Position numbers and translations under genes: made by a program. Source: Escherichia phage PBM-3. Taken from it: a stretch of DNA of 64,000 nucleotides. The DNA lies in sequence record PV053165; one strand, written 5' to 3'. Positions 38,423 through 49,396 of the stretch are shown here, piece after piece. Numbering within the stretch: the stretch's first letter is position 1; each line of letters opens with the position of its first letter. The notes under the pieces are model-generated. The model saw only the letters and a program-made list of their open reading frames with translations. It had not been told where the DNA came from and searched no databases.

Positions 38423-40998
38423 GCGAATGCCTTTTGAATTATTTGATGAACTTCTTCTGGGGTAGCGTGATTTGGAATTTCAATCTCGTTAGCCCACGTT
38501 GGGTAAAACAAGGATAGTTCCCCACCCAAACCAACTTCTGGATGAGCAATATCAGGATGATCCTGCCAGTTAACGGCTTCAACCAAGTGCTTGTTCGTAT
38601 ACTGCAAGGTGTCCATGTTATCGCGAATCATGAAGTATTGGGCATCATGAATGTGAATACAAGGGCGTATATCTAACCTGAACTCACTGGTTCTGACTTT
38701 ACGCATAAACTCTGAGCCAGCACGGTTATTCAGTAGACACCAGCTTTGACCTAATGCGTTACCAGCAGTTCTGCCTTCTGCTTCTGCTTCATATGGAGTC
38801 TTACATGTCCCACGTAATACCTGAGCCAGTAAAGGAGTACGCACTCTCAAACCAAATGCAGCAGTTACATAACCAGTCTTAGCAGCTTCATCTAGCTTAG
38901 CCTGAACCCACATATCACTAACTACATAGAGATCGTGATAACGTTTCTCTGTAGTCTTAGCCTTCTCTTCGGAGAAGCCACAGTTTTTCATTAAGCCCAT
39001 ATAAGTACCACCATAGGTAAGTAAGAAGGTTGGAGCCTTCGAGTCACTACGCAATGATTTGTACTTATGCTGAATGGAGTTAATGGATTCTACTGTGTCT
39101 TCAATGTCTGGCATCTGCTCACCAAAATAAGCATATGCGCGAAGACTATGACCGTCATAACCATCGGTATATACCTTAAGCTTCTGTGGGTCTTTAGTCG
39201 TCAGTGCAGAGATTCTGTCTTCCAGCGAGGCGAAATCCAAGCCGCAAAATATCCAGCCTGGAGGAGCTTCGAAGCATTTCTTAATCTTCTTGGCATATTT
39301 AGAGCCGGATGGAATTGTTTGTAGATTTGGCTCTGAAGCCGATAACCTACCGGAGACTGTGCCTCCCAGATTGAGGTTACCGAACAGGTAGTGCCAGCCA
39401 TCTGGTCCCGGTTGGGCATTCCTGAAAGCTGGTATAAAGCTAGTGATAATCTTATCCACGAGCTTATAGTCGATAAGTGCATTGAGCAGTTCCTTAACAT
39501 CTTCACTCTGCGTATGTGTACGCAGTGCTTTAATAGTGTCACCGTCAGTAGCAGGTTGCTTGCTCTTAGTAAGACCAAGAACCGGTAAGCCGATATAATC
39601 AAATAACAACTTCTGTAGTTGTGGACCAGAGTTAGGATTAAACTCGATGTCACAATCAGCCAGTGTTACCTGTTTCTTTTTCAACTTAGCATTCTTATCG
39701 TCTACCCATTCCTGACGAAGCATCAGGGTAAAGTTCTTCATGAGGTTAGACTCACGAATAGTTTTCAGTGCCTGGTTCCTGTCAGTTTCCATTTCTTCAG
39801 CTACCTGGTTAACGGTTTCCATATTCATGGGCATACCGGTTAACTGCATCTGAATGATGTCTTCGCAAGCTGGCTTAAAGATGTTGTTGTAAACATCTAA
39901 TTGGTCATCAGCAATGAGAGTATCCCAGTGCTTCTCATAGGTGTACCAAGTACACAAGCCATCTATGAGGTTGTAGCGTAACAGCTGCTCATTAGGAATA
40001 AGGCGAATGTCTTTAATATCATCCTGAGCATAGTTACCAGCATACTCCTGAGCCTGCTCTTTTAGGCTAAGATGATTGCCAGCACAACTGTTAGTAGCCA
40101 GGTAAGTAATTAATTTAGTACAGTCCCAGTTACGCAGCATGATGTCCATGCCATGCAGTAGTCCTTCTGTATCAATCAGGTTACCCATGAACAGCTGATA
40201 GATAAGCACATACACGTCATAGCTAATGTTGTGATACATCTGCCGTTGGGTGTACTTAATGAAGAACTCGCGCAGAAGATTTCGAACAATATCATTTCTG
40301 TTGATACGTCCATAAGGTGCTTCAGTAGCCCCCTCAATTGGCTCGTAGTCCACATTAAAGGCTATGCCCTGTGTCTTACTCCAACAGAATGTAATTGTTC
40401 CTATACCGGCGTTATAGTGCTTTAAACCGAATGCTTCGATGTCTATAGCCAAAGGCTTATTCATCTCAAGCAACTGGTCTAACCAGGCTTTAATCTTCTC
40501 AGGAGTATCTGGATAGGCTTCAAACTCAATGATTCCCTGACCTGGTTCAGCATACTGCCCACGTATATGGTTGAGTAATGCATCCATACCCTGAGCAATC
40601 TTGGATTTCACTACAGGTGGGTCATAAAATACCTGTCTGTAACTAGGCGTATAGATAACCTTCTGCTTACCCCATACTGAATCACAAACATAGCCGAGGT
40701 TAGCCTCTGCTTTAGCTTCCTTAGTCAGTATTTTAAAGTAGTCAGAATCGGTACAGATAATGTATTGAGTTTCCGCATCATCCAGTACTTGTTGCAGTTC
40801 CTGCTGTATGAACTCCTTAATCTCCCTTGCAGGAGTCTTCTTCTTGCCTGGAGCAGAATGAAGTTCAATGAAGATGAAGTCTTCCATGCTTAGGTCATAA
40901 GGCAGCAGGTAGGTTTTAATCATCTCCTCCCTTCGGATTTGATGACCGAGGATAGCAATAGGATACTTACCAGTATCTTGAGAGGTGATGTAACGCAT
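38419..40998 (-). CDS. DNA polymerase, family A, with 3'-5' exonuclease domain
   Basis: Exo I-like AIDIEAFGL; motif A GLDFASLEDRI; motif B RSDSKAPTFLLTYGG; motif C IHIHDAQ. Confidence 0.9.
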   Translation of the reverse strand: MRYITSQDTGKYPIAILGHQIRREEMIKTYLLPYDLSMEDFIFIELHSAPGKKKTPAREIKEFIQQELQQVLDDAETQYIICTDSDYFKILTKEAKAEANLGYVCDSVWGKQKVIYTPSYRQVFYDPPVVKSKIAQGMDALLNHIRGQYAEPGQGIIEFEAYPDTPEKIKAWLDQLLEMNKPLAIDIEAFGLKHYNAGIGTITFCWSKTQGIAFNVDYEPIEGATEAPYGRINRNDIVRNLLREFFIKYTQRQMYHNISYDVYVLIYQLFMGNLIDTEGLLHGMDIMLRNWDCTKLITYLATNSCAGNHLSLKEQAQEYAGNYAQDDIKDIRLIPNEQLLRYNLIDGLCTWYTYEKHWDTLIADDQLDVYNNIFKPACEDIIQMQLTGMPMNMETVNQVAEEMETDRNQALKTIRESNLMKNFTLMLRQEWVDDKNAKLKKKQVTLADCDIEFNPNSGPQLQKLLFDYIGLPVLGLTKSKQPATDGDTIKALRTHTQSEDVKELLNALIDYKLVDKIITSFIPAFRNAQPGPDGWHYLFGNLNLGGTVSGRLSASEPNLQTIPSGSKYAKKIKKCFEAPPGWIFCGLDFASLEDRISALTTKDPQKLKVYTDGYDGHSLRAYAYFGEQMPDIEDTVESINSIQHKYKSLRSDSKAPTFLLTYGGTYMGLMKNCGFSEEKAKTTEKRYHDLYVVSDMWVQAKLDEAAKTGYVTAAFGLRVRTPLLAQVLRGTCKTPYEAEAEGRTAGNALGQSWCLLNNRAGSEFMRKVRTSEFRLDIRPCIHIHDAQYFMIRDNMDTLQYTNKHLVEAVNWQDHPDIAHPEVGLGGELSLFYPTWANEIEIPNHATPEEVHQIIQKAFA

Positions 40999-41007
40999 AG
41001 CTTTACC

Positions 41008-41538
41008 TTAGAAAATCAGATGGGAAGCTGCATAATACTCAATAGAGGGCAGAATCTTCTCATACTGCTTGATTGCCATAGCATCACCAGCAAGTGTCCA
41101 GGCTGCTTCACGATTACGAGGCAGACCTTTGTACTGACCCGTCTGGTCTTGTGCTACCAGACACTCAGGCAGAGCATCACGTACATCCTGATAGGACATA
41201 CAACCGCGAACCAGACGATATACAGTCTGGTTCACAAGGTGTACTTCCATAATCAAACGACTGGAGGCTTTCAGATACTTGTCCATTGAAGGCCATAGTT
41301 CTGGATTAAGCGTTAATCGCTCACCGTAGGTGGGAGGTCTGGTAGCATTAGAACGCTGATAGAACTCTCCCTGGTGAAGGAATCCAGCCGATACATCTAC
41401 ACCGTTAATACGGTCATTCTTATCAATAATACTGTTTAACACACCATCAAGACGAACCAGTTCTGCTAAGAACAGATGCTTGACCATCTCGCTACTATTG
41501 GCAACCTGACCAATAGTCGCTGAACCAATCTGAGGCAT
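41008..41538 (-). CDS. Hypothetical protein
   Basis: 176-aa ORF between helicase and polymerase. Confidence 0.4.
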   Translation of the reverse strand: MPQIGSATIGQVANSSEMVKHLFLAELVRLDGVLNSIIDKNDRINGVDVSAGFLHQGEFYQRSNATRPPTYGERLTLNPELWPSMDKYLKASSRLIMEVHLVNQTVYRLVRGCMSYQDVRDALPECLVAQDQTGQYKGLPRNREAAWTLAGDAMAIKQYEKILPSIEYYAASHLIF

Positions 41539-41548
41539 ATATCCTCCC

Positions 41549-42859
41549 TTAGAAAGTTAGACCACCGTACTTACTGGCAAGATTGCCATAGAACACTACT
41601 CGCTTACGGGCACGAGACACAGCGACGTAAAGCAGACGGGCAACCATATCTGGTTGGCGACAGCTTGAGAGGTCATTTGCATCAATGAAGATTGTGTCGT
41701 AAGTAGAGCCTTGTGATTTATGGACAGTACATGCATGAGTAGCACGCAGGTCTGGAATGGTTTCTTTAAGACGGAAGTAAGGTTCCCAGTTCTTCTCCTT
41801 ACCTAACCACTTAACCAAACGGTTGAAGTAGTCTGGGTCAGTAGGTACTGGAACTTCACTTACAATGCCACCATAGCCTAGGTCAAGAGTACTATCACGA
41901 ACTTCCAGTTCCAGGTCACCTGTAACCTTAATCATGCGAGTACTACTATCCTGGTCAATGAGTTTTACGTCCTGTTCAATAGATAAACGATTATCCACAC
42001 CCAAGCGAACAGCAGAGTTAGAAACTAACTGTTCACCGATGGAGTATTCACCCACATAACCGTTAGCTTCACGAATGTAGTTATTGTAATTAATAACCTG
42101 GTCATTTGTGTAAGCAACAATACGGCTGTTGGTAGGTTGAGTGAAGTGACTGAGAACCAATTTCTCCATCTCTTCCTCCTGTACCCAGTCAATGATACCT
42201 GGGATACATTTAATTGGCAGGAAGCCTGTCTTACCTTCCACCGTATCACGCAATTGCTGGTGCAATGCTTTAAGTTCCGGTGCATCAGTACGCATCTGTT
42301 CAGTCAGATAGTGTGTTGGGATATTACCTGCGTATACCGGAGACTTATTCTCTTTAACAGGCAAAAGCTGAGAAGCATCACCTACAAATACCAGTTTGCA
42401 CTGGTGAGTACCTTCACGAGCATACTTAAGTAACTGACGGTCAATCATGGATGCTTCGTCTACGAAGATGATTTTGTTCTTCTTAATATTGAATGATTTA
42501 GATGGTACGACATTAGCCTCGCCAGTCTTAAAATCATTCTTAACAATCAGACCCTGGAAGGAGTGATAGGTAGATGTTGGACGTCCTGTAGCTTGAGCCA
42601 GAACTTCAGCAGCTTTGTTCGTGGTCGCAGTCATGACGACTTCGTTATACAGGGGCTTGGTTCCCATGAGAGAACAAGTTTCCATGTATGCAGGCATAGT
42701 GTCATCAATGAGGTGCGACATCAGGAATGTCTTACCAGTTCCCCCTGGGCCACTAATATTGAATTCGGTAGCATTAGGGTCGAGCAGGAAGTCGAAGAAC
42801 TCCTTCGCAACCGCTTCTTGCCCCTGGTTCAGTGGGGCTTTGGTAGGTTTGGAAAACAT
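41549..42859 (-). CDS. SF1 helicase, Dda/RecD-like
   Basis: Walker A GPGGTGKT, Walker B IIFVDEASMI, and C-terminal ATHACTVHKSQGSTYD and LLYVAVSRARK motifs. Confidence 0.85.
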   Translation of the reverse strand: MFSKPTKAPLNQGQEAVAKEFFDFLLDPNATEFNISGPGGTGKTFLMSHLIDDTMPAYMETCSLMGTKPLYNEVVMTATTNKAAEVLAQATGRPTSTYHSFQGLIVKNDFKTGEANVVPSKSFNIKKNKIIFVDEASMIDRQLLKYAREGTHQCKLVFVGDASQLLPVKENKSPVYAGNIPTHYLTEQMRTDAPELKALHQQLRDTVEGKTGFLPIKCIPGIIDWVQEEEMEKLVLSHFTQPTNSRIVAYTNDQVINYNNYIREANGYVGEYSIGEQLVSNSAVRLGVDNRLSIEQDVKLIDQDSSTRMIKVTGDLELEVRDSTLDLGYGGIVSEVPVPTDPDYFNRLVKWLGKEKNWEPYFRLKETIPDLRATHACTVHKSQGSTYDTIFIDANDLSSCRQPDMVARLLYVAVSRARKRVVFYGNLASKYGGLTF

Positions 42860-42892
42860 TTAAATCTCCAGTAAAAAACCCTCTGTAGAGGG

Positions 42893-43360
42893 TTAGATGT
42901 ATGGGGTTAAATCCGGGGGAGTGTAGTCTTTCCCTTTCATAACTTTCTTATTCTCATTGAAGACAGGTTCCCCATCTTCAAACTTAGAATAGTTAGAGCG
43001 ATTGACTTCATTCAATGCTCCAGGGACATTCATCCCAAGGAAAGTACCGACGCCGGTTGCTGTAACAATCTGGTCAGCAAGACTATCAAGGATAGCTAAA
43101 CGATGGCTGTTCGGTGCATATACCTCTTTGTCATCTTTTTTCATTAAATCAGACAATTCGGTTAATGCTGCAATGGCATTGTGAAGAATATCGTAAGCAT
43201 CTTCTGAGTTAGCGTATAACTCGTCTAGCATCTCTACTACTTCTTCCAGATGACAACCAATCTGGGTACTAATATTCTTACTCGTCGGATTTGGTACTGC
43301 TTTCCGGAACCAGGCTTCCGTATTTGCCAGCGTACAAACGGATGAACTTGTCATGCTCAC
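42893..43360 (-). CDS. Putative MazG-like nucleotide pyrophosphohydrolase
   Basis: All-alpha ~150-aa protein with an EEVVEMLDEL acidic motif. The 5' end overlaps the upstream HTH ORF, so the start is uncertain. Confidence 0.3.
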   Translation of the reverse strand: MSMTSSSVCTLANTEAWFRKAVPNPTSKNISTQIGCHLEEVVEMLDELYANSEDAYDILHNAIAALTELSDLMKKDDKEVYAPNSHRLAILDSLADQIVTATGVGTFLGMNVPGALNEVNRSNYSKFEDGEPVFNENKKVMKGKDYTPPDLTPYI

Positions 43361-43703
43361 TCTCTTGGTTAAGGTGGCGATTATTATATGCCTCCAGAAT
43401 CAAGTCCCTTACATATGAACGAATTTCATAAGCAGGACCAACTTGTTCTGATAGCCAATCAGCCACATGGGTTGGTAAAGGACGTAATACGTTTTCCATG
43501 AACGTCCGACGTGTGTCGGCTGGTTCAATGTTTAAAGAACGCAATCGCAAAGTAACCGTAGTGGGGTGAACCCCCAACGTCTTAGCGATAGTTGCGAGGG
43601 ATAGCCCAACAGCATTCATACGAATGATGTCTTCATCAGTTGCTTTGCGATTACTTCTGAATACTTTACTCATAGTACAATTCCTCTTCAAATTTACCCT
43701 CAC
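43278..43703 (-). CDS. Helix-turn-helix DNA-binding protein (putative transcriptional regulator)
   Basis: HTH-like segment DEDIIRMNAVGLSLATIAKTLGVHPTTVTLRL. Confidence 0.45.
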   Translation of the reverse strand: MRVNLKRNCTMSKVFRSNRKATDEDIIRMNAVGLSLATIAKTLGVHPTTVTLRLRSLNIEPADTRRTFMENVLRPLPTHVADWLSEQVGPAYEIRSYVRDLILEAYNNRHLNQESEHDKFIRLYAGKYGSLVPESSTKSDE

Positions 43704-43735
43704 TTTATTACAAGTGAGGGCATTTGAACAGGCTA

Positions 43736-45796
43736 TTACTTAACTGCTTTAACCAGCTTGGTAGCTAATTTAGCTTCTTCTTCAGTCAGACCCATTGCAG
43801 TGAATGACTTCTTAGCATGACGTTTATAGTCTTGCAGAGCATGGCCTTTCTGATAGTCAGAATATGACGTATCGTTCAGGATGCTACGCAGATTATCAAC
43901 GTGTTTACCAGAAGGAGCTACTTTAGAAGCAGCAGCAGAACGTGTAGGTTTAACTGTCTTATCCTGCTTAACAGCTTTAGGTTTACCAATAGGCTTAATT
44001 GTATAGGTAGCACGTACATCAGCAATCTTAGCTACCACGTCACTACCTACATCAAATGCAGCCCAAGGCTTACGAGCTTTGGAACGCAGTTCTACCAGAA
44101 GGTCAGCAGCAGCTAACTTATCTTCTGGTGTTGTTGCATTAAGGAACTCTTTAACCAGTTCCTGGATTTGTTCTTTCACAGTAGGAGCCTTCTTAATAAC
44201 GGGTTTAAGGTCAGTAGCCTTCACTGGTTCAGCAGCTACAGCTTCATTCAGTGACTCTTCCATGTCCAGTGCTTCTTTGCTAGCAACTGTACGGAATTGT
44301 TCTACAGAACCAGATGTGAGATTGGTGTATTTGAGGTTAGTACCACGATGTCCACCAACCATAATAAGTGTGGTAGGTGAACTATGGTTCCCAACGATGG
44401 CATCATTAAGTAGTTTCTTACCTACTTCAGTTTTAGACAAATAGATACCACTGTTAACGTTATTACGTTCCTCTTCCGGCAGTTCAGCAATAATGTGATA
44501 CGCAGATACACGCATCTTATTAGTGCTGTACTGAGGAACAGCAAATACATCTTCTGGTGCTACTTTACCAAGGATAGTTACGTTACCACCGAAGCTACGA
44601 ATATAGCTCATGGATGCTACATGCAGACCGTTAGAACAGTCCTGACGACGGTCAGGATCTACCAGGTCTTCCCGTACCTGCACTTTACAGCCTACCCACT
44701 GTTTGATGTTACCTGAGTGACAGTCAACGAATACACGTTTACCATCTTCTTTCCCTTTATACTGAAGGCGTTTAAGGAACAGGATTGAACCATCATCAGC
44801 GATAGGCAATTCAGCAGTTTCCATGAACTTCATCAGGTCTTCTACTGAGTGCAGACGGTCTTTAATAACCGGAGCCAGACGCTCAAGGAACTTAGTGAAG
44901 CCCTTGTAGTCTTTCAACTTGGCAGACTGACGTAAGTGACGTTGCAGGTTCTCAACTCCAGGGATAACCCCATCGTTGGTAACAGCAACAACCACTTCAT
45001 CTTCCTTCACATCAGTGTGAAAGTTAGCGTTATCAGTACTAATAGCACCTAATGCAGCTAATTTCTCGGATGCAGCAGCCAGCTTATCCTGGTTCGTAGT
45101 TTTAGCTACTTCAATGTAAGGTGGTGGGGTATGTTTACGGCTGGTAAATACAATATGTACACCTTTGATGTGCTTGGCTTGTTTAGCAAACTCACCCATT
45201 TCATCATCGGATACTGCACGAACTGCAACAGGCCATTCCTGTCTGAGCATGGTGTTGGTTTGTTCATACCCCCAACCCATTACGTCGTTAATAAAACGAA
45301 CCAGTGCAGGATAGTTATAGTCCTTATCCCAGCCAGTAATCCACATCAGATTGTCACGTCTGTCGTAGCAACCATCTGATACTGTTACTTCTGGTTCATT
45401 AGCTTGTACAGCCAGGAATGTATCCATAGCTTTAGATACTAATGTCTTGGTGGGATTGCCTAGCTTAATATCAGAAACGGCTTGGGTAGGTTGAACATCT
45501 GTACCATCCTGGAAGAACTCTTTGAGTTTAGCTTTAGCTACCTTGAAGAAACGGACGAATCCATTAGTGTTCTTCTCTGCTTCCAGATACTCATTACGCA
45601 GTGATACTTCTGGTGCAATGTTTACTTCTATCAGGTCTTTGGTAATTCCCAAGCCTTTGGTTTGTGCTTCAGATACGATACGAGCAACCCGTGGGTCGCT
45701 CTGTGGATATACAATTGTGGAGCCATCAGGCTTCCACAATGTTAAGTTTCGACTGTCAACTGCCAGTGCGATGATAGAAATCAGTTCGATTTTCAT
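43736..45796 (-). CDS. rIIB: rIIB-like protein
   Basis: 686-aa ORF immediately downstream of, and translationally coupled to, the rIIA-like gene. Assignment is by synteny only. Confidence 0.4.
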   Translation of the reverse strand: MKIELISIIALAVDSRNLTLWKPDGSTIVYPQSDPRVARIVSEAQTKGLGITKDLIEVNIAPEVSLRNEYLEAEKNTNGFVRFFKVAKAKLKEFFQDGTDVQPTQAVSDIKLGNPTKTLVSKAMDTFLAVQANEPEVTVSDGCYDRRDNLMWITGWDKDYNYPALVRFINDVMGWGYEQTNTMLRQEWPVAVRAVSDDEMGEFAKQAKHIKGVHIVFTSRKHTPPPYIEVAKTTNQDKLAAASEKLAALGAISTDNANFHTDVKEDEVVVAVTNDGVIPGVENLQRHLRQSAKLKDYKGFTKFLERLAPVIKDRLHSVEDLMKFMETAELPIADDGSILFLKRLQYKGKEDGKRVFVDCHSGNIKQWVGCKVQVREDLVDPDRRQDCSNGLHVASMSYIRSFGGNVTILGKVAPEDVFAVPQYSTNKMRVSAYHIIAELPEEERNNVNSGIYLSKTEVGKKLLNDAIVGNHSSPTTLIMVGGHRGTNLKYTNLTSGSVEQFRTVASKEALDMEESLNEAVAAEPVKATDLKPVIKKAPTVKEQIQELVKEFLNATTPEDKLAAADLLVELRSKARKPWAAFDVGSDVVAKIADVRATYTIKPIGKPKAVKQDKTVKPTRSAAASKVAPSGKHVDNLRSILNDTSYSDYQKGHALQDYKRHAKKSFTAMGLTEEEAKLATKLVKAVK

Positions 45797-45800
45797 CAGA

Positions 45801-48368
45801 TTAGTTACCTTTCAGTTTATTTAGACGATTACGGTAGAGGGACTTAAACCCAGGAATATCCTCTGGATTTTTCTTGAGGTGTTTAACTAAACTCCCCAAG
45901 TCCAGACTCTGTAGTATGTCACCAGCACTCAAGCTATAGCTGAATAACCCCTTGTACTGATTAAGTATTTCAAAGTACTTATGATTACGCGGATTAACCA
46001 TCATTGTATATGGCTCTAAGTCATCAACTGACTTAATACAACCCATTTCAACAAGTTTTTCTTTGTTGTTATGTGGTCGATTCCGTAGAAAGTCATATGC
46101 CCATTCATACTCTGGTTTAAAAATCAGATTCTGTAATGGTTTGAATGTTAGACCAAGAATATCGAGGATTTCCCAGTATTCCCTGTCATCTAATCCTACA
46201 TATTCCAGAATACCAATACGGTGTTCAGTAACATATTTCTTGAAGCCTTTGCTGGTAATAACTGGCATCAGCTCCATAAAACGAACGTCATCAATGTGAA
46301 TAGCACCACGTCGTTTAGCTTTGTTAGCTTCAATTTGATTGCGACAGACAACAGTCTCTGCTTTCATCTCGTCAGATAACTCATACCATTTCCACATGGT
46401 TCCAATCCGAGCAGTTACAGGACTACCAGAACTAACCTGATTGGCTAGTACGTAGTACTTAGGCTGTTCCACTTCAACGAAACCGTACTTCTCATGGAAG
46501 CTTGGGTCAGTAAAATCCTTGTCAATGTACGGCTTAGAATCCCAATCCCCACTTTTATTTCGTACAGAAGTAGTACCGAGAACTGCATTCAACGAAATCA
46601 GAGCATTAGTTTTACCCCCTGCTTTGGTTTTATTGGCAGCTATCGTCTTAGCTCGTTTCTCAGCAGCTATCTTAGCTTGTTCTCTGCGGTAGTTAGTTGG
46701 TTTGTCCCACTCATTATATTGAGTGAGGTCAATTACCCGATAACCCATAGCAGTGAACTTAGCTACAGCTTCTTCTGCTGCACCCTTTTTAGGACTAACG
46801 ACGTGAACAAAAGCTGTACGTTCCAGGTCACCACGATTGTACTCTGGGAAATATGAGAAAGAGTCTGCACAATCAGATAAACGTCGGGTAATTACAACAT
46901 TTTTAGTAGTGAATATGCCAATACTCTGATGGGAGTTATAGAATATCCTAAAGTAGTCAGTAAGTTTACCTTTCACCAGGTCAACATGGTTACCCTGGTT
47001 CATTATGTAACCAGACCACTTAATACCAGAGGTTTTTAAAGCAGCGAGTTGTGGTAAGTGCAGATGGCGATATACTAATTCCTGAAATGGAGAGTATGCA
47101 CCTTCTTCACGAGTATCTTTAAGAGCACGCATAGCCTTACCATACAACTTCTTAAGACCAGCATATTCTGGCCGGGCTAATAATGCCTTATTAGATAAGT
47201 TACGCCAGTGCTTGATGTGATGTTTACGTTGCTTAGCCCACAAACTAGAGGACATATAGCGTTGAACAATAGGGTCTGTGACAGCAATCAAGAAAGATGG
47301 ATAGGTCCAGAAGCGGGTAGATGCTTTAGCGGCATATTCTTCAATCTGCTTAATAGCTTCAGGAATTTTAGCCCTAATCTCTTTCTCCATACGGTCTACT
47401 AAATCTACACACAGAGTAGTAATACCATCGTCAGTTAACTTCTGGTTAGACAGTGTTTCTCGACTAGGAGAAATAGCTAGAGTATCAGGTGCAGCCTGAA
47501 CCACCAGATTAGAAGCACCAATGATATTCATAAAGTTGAGGATAAGACCTACAGCCTCTTCACTAGCTGGGCTGGATACAATTGGGTACATTACGTTACC
47601 GTAACGAACGAATATGTTACTGTTACCCATATAGCCTTGATACCATCTATCAGACATATCGTATGAACCAGGTTCAAATGACATTCCTAGTGTATTCAGT
47701 AGAGTGTAGTCACCTTGCTGAATACTATTACCTTCTTCTGTTTTAACGAGTTTAGGGATACTAAGTTCAGCTTTAATCTCACCGTTAAATACTATTGATG
47801 TGATGTAATGTACAAAGGTATTTAAATCATGCTTGCCTAACTGGAATTTAACTTCCAGCCCAGATTCCTCAGTAGGAATATTAGTAACAATAGGAACAAT
47901 GCCTGGTTTACCGTCATTCTCAATCGCAGCTTTAGCTACGTTATATACCGACATCTTTCCCTGGTTCCATGAAGTAACCTGGAAGCTATCTGTATAAGCG
48001 AACGGGGATTTACATCCCAGACCAAAACCACCAGTAACACTACTGTTGGCTTTCTTAGTAGATGCACCATAGACACCATAAATGGAACCAATGAGTTCAT
48101 CGGGGATGCCATTACCAAAGTCACGGAAGGTAATAAAGTTGTCTGTATCAATAGTGATACGAATAGGGGTATCAGTCTTACCTGCTTCAATATGAGCATC
48201 CCAACTGTTACAGATAGTCTCACGGACTACTGCCAGAGTGGGGTTGTTGTACAGGGAAGTACTTAATACGTGAAAGAATGTCGGGTCATCAGAGATGCCA
48301 AAGGCAATCGTTTCTTTGCCACCCAGTGTCGCTGAGGTAGCTACTTCATTGGTATCTGCAACTAACAT
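45801..48368 (-). CDS. rIIA: rIIA-like protein with N-terminal GHKL-type ATPase domain
   Basis: GHKL motifs ETICNSWDAHIEAG (N box), FRDFGNGIP (G1) and TGGFGLGCKS (G2); ~855 aa as in rIIA proteins. Confidence 0.7.
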   Translation of the reverse strand: MLVADTNEVATSATLGGKETIAFGISDDPTFFHVLSTSLYNNPTLAVVRETICNSWDAHIEAGKTDTPIRITIDTDNFITFRDFGNGIPDELIGSIYGVYGASTKKANSSVTGGFGLGCKSPFAYTDSFQVTSWNQGKMSVYNVAKAAIENDGKPGIVPIVTNIPTEESGLEVKFQLGKHDLNTFVHYITSIVFNGEIKAELSIPKLVKTEEGNSIQQGDYTLLNTLGMSFEPGSYDMSDRWYQGYMGNSNIFVRYGNVMYPIVSSPASEEAVGLILNFMNIIGASNLVVQAAPDTLAISPSRETLSNQKLTDDGITTLCVDLVDRMEKEIRAKIPEAIKQIEEYAAKASTRFWTYPSFLIAVTDPIVQRYMSSSLWAKQRKHHIKHWRNLSNKALLARPEYAGLKKLYGKAMRALKDTREEGAYSPFQELVYRHLHLPQLAALKTSGIKWSGYIMNQGNHVDLVKGKLTDYFRIFYNSHQSIGIFTTKNVVITRRLSDCADSFSYFPEYNRGDLERTAFVHVVSPKKGAAEEAVAKFTAMGYRVIDLTQYNEWDKPTNYRREQAKIAAEKRAKTIAANKTKAGGKTNALISLNAVLGTTSVRNKSGDWDSKPYIDKDFTDPSFHEKYGFVEVEQPKYYVLANQVSSGSPVTARIGTMWKWYELSDEMKAETVVCRNQIEANKAKRRGAIHIDDVRFMELMPVITSKGFKKYVTEHRIGILEYVGLDDREYWEILDILGLTFKPLQNLIFKPEYEWAYDFLRNRPHNNKEKLVEMGCIKSVDDLEPYTMMVNPRNHKYFEILNQYKGLFSYSLSAGDILQSLDLGSLVKHLKKNPEDIPGFKSLYRNRLNKLKGN

Positions 48369-48395
48369 TTATTTACTCTCCAGTTTAAATGTTGC

Positions 48396-48587
48396 TTATA
48401 GTAGGACTTGTTTGCACTTATCAAAAATAGCTTTACGAAGTTCAGCTTCTTCCTGTGGTTCATCATTAGGATGGTGACCCACGGGACTATTTTGAAAAGC
48501 ATTCATTAGGAATAAGACCTGATACTCGGTTAATCCATTTATCTGAATGCTATACGTTTTCTCTGAGGCGATATTTACATTAGCCAT
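48396..48587 (-). CDS. Hypothetical small protein
   Basis: Internal ATG start chosen to give an 8-nt overlap with the upstream gene. Confidence 0.3.
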   Translation of the reverse strand: MANVNIASEKTYSIQINGLTEYQVLFLMNAFQNSPVGHHPNDEPQEEAELRKAIFDKCKQVLL

Positions 48588-48894
48588 TGCGTTTACCTGC
48601 CATTGCTTGAAGGATGAATACGACAGCATCTGATATTTGGTCATCAGTTGGTTCAACTAGTTGCCCATCCTCGTCATACATTTCTTTCAGAAGTGCATTC
48701 AGTTCAGACATGCCAGCCAGTACCATTTCCTTGCTTGGTTCCAACCATAACTTACGTTCCTCTGCCAGTGCAGCAATGCACATACATATAGAAGCGATGT
48801 TAGCTGGGCAAGCAGCAATATCACCAGTTACCGCAATTTCACTAAGAGGAACAGTTTTACCAGTTTTGCTATGAATTACTTCAGGGTTAATCAT
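48580..48894 (-). CDS. Hypothetical small protein
   Basis: ORF in a string of translationally coupled small genes. Confidence 0.3.
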   Translation of the reverse strand: MINPEVIHSKTGKTVPLSEIAVTGDIAACPANIASICMCIAALAEERKLWLEPSKEMVLAGMSELNALLKEMYDEDGQLVEPTDDQISDAVVFILQAMAGKRNG

Positions 48895-49099
48895 GGATTT
48901 GCTCCAGGTTATGGGCAGGAATAGGGAAGCATGGATAGTCACCGGTAGGGTCCAGTGTCACTGATACATGCAGTGTATTTGTCATCTGAGTTAGCATCAG
49001 AGCAGCATTGAAATCATCCTGGATACAGGCATATACAATGTCACCTTTCTCACCCTCACACATTACGGGTGTATCTTTGATACGGTATTTAGCAGGCAT
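48887..49099 (-). CDS. Hypothetical small protein
   Basis: 70-aa ORF with several Cys residues. Confidence 0.3.
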   Translation of the reverse strand: MPAKYRIKDTPVMCEGEKGDIVYACIQDDFNAALMLTQMTNTLHVSVTLDPTGDYPCFPIPAHNLEQIHD

Positions 49100-49126
49100 A
49101 TGCCCTCCTAAAAGAGTTAATTGAAA

Positions 49127-49160
49127 CCAAAAAAAGACCTCCCGGAGGAGGTCTTAGGTT
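49127..49160 (-). terminator. Rho-independent terminator
   Basis: On the - strand: AAGACCTCC-TCCG-GGAGGTCTT followed by TTTTTTTGG. Confidence 0.55.
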
Positions 49161-49396
49161 TACTTACGATTTCCTCCAAAGAAGCGTATCACACGCTCCT
49201 TTGCTTCATCCTGCTCTTTAATGGCTACATAATCTCGTGCATAGTAATATGCACACCATAGGCCAATAATACATGCAGAGAAACGGGCCACTACGAAGAA
49301 CATCTCTTCTAGGCTCTGAACATTGTGTAATGAAAATACAAATTCCAGAACCAGGATGATATTTATAATCATTGCCTGGATAGCTAGTTTTTTCAT
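49160..49396 (-). CDS. Small membrane protein
   Basis: Two hydrophobic helices (IINIILVLEFVFSL; ACIIGLWCAYYYA). Confidence 0.35.
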   Translation of the reverse strand: MKKLAIQAMIINIILVLEFVFSLHNVQSLEEMFFVVARFSACIIGLWCAYYYARDYVAIKEQDEAKERVIRFFGGNRK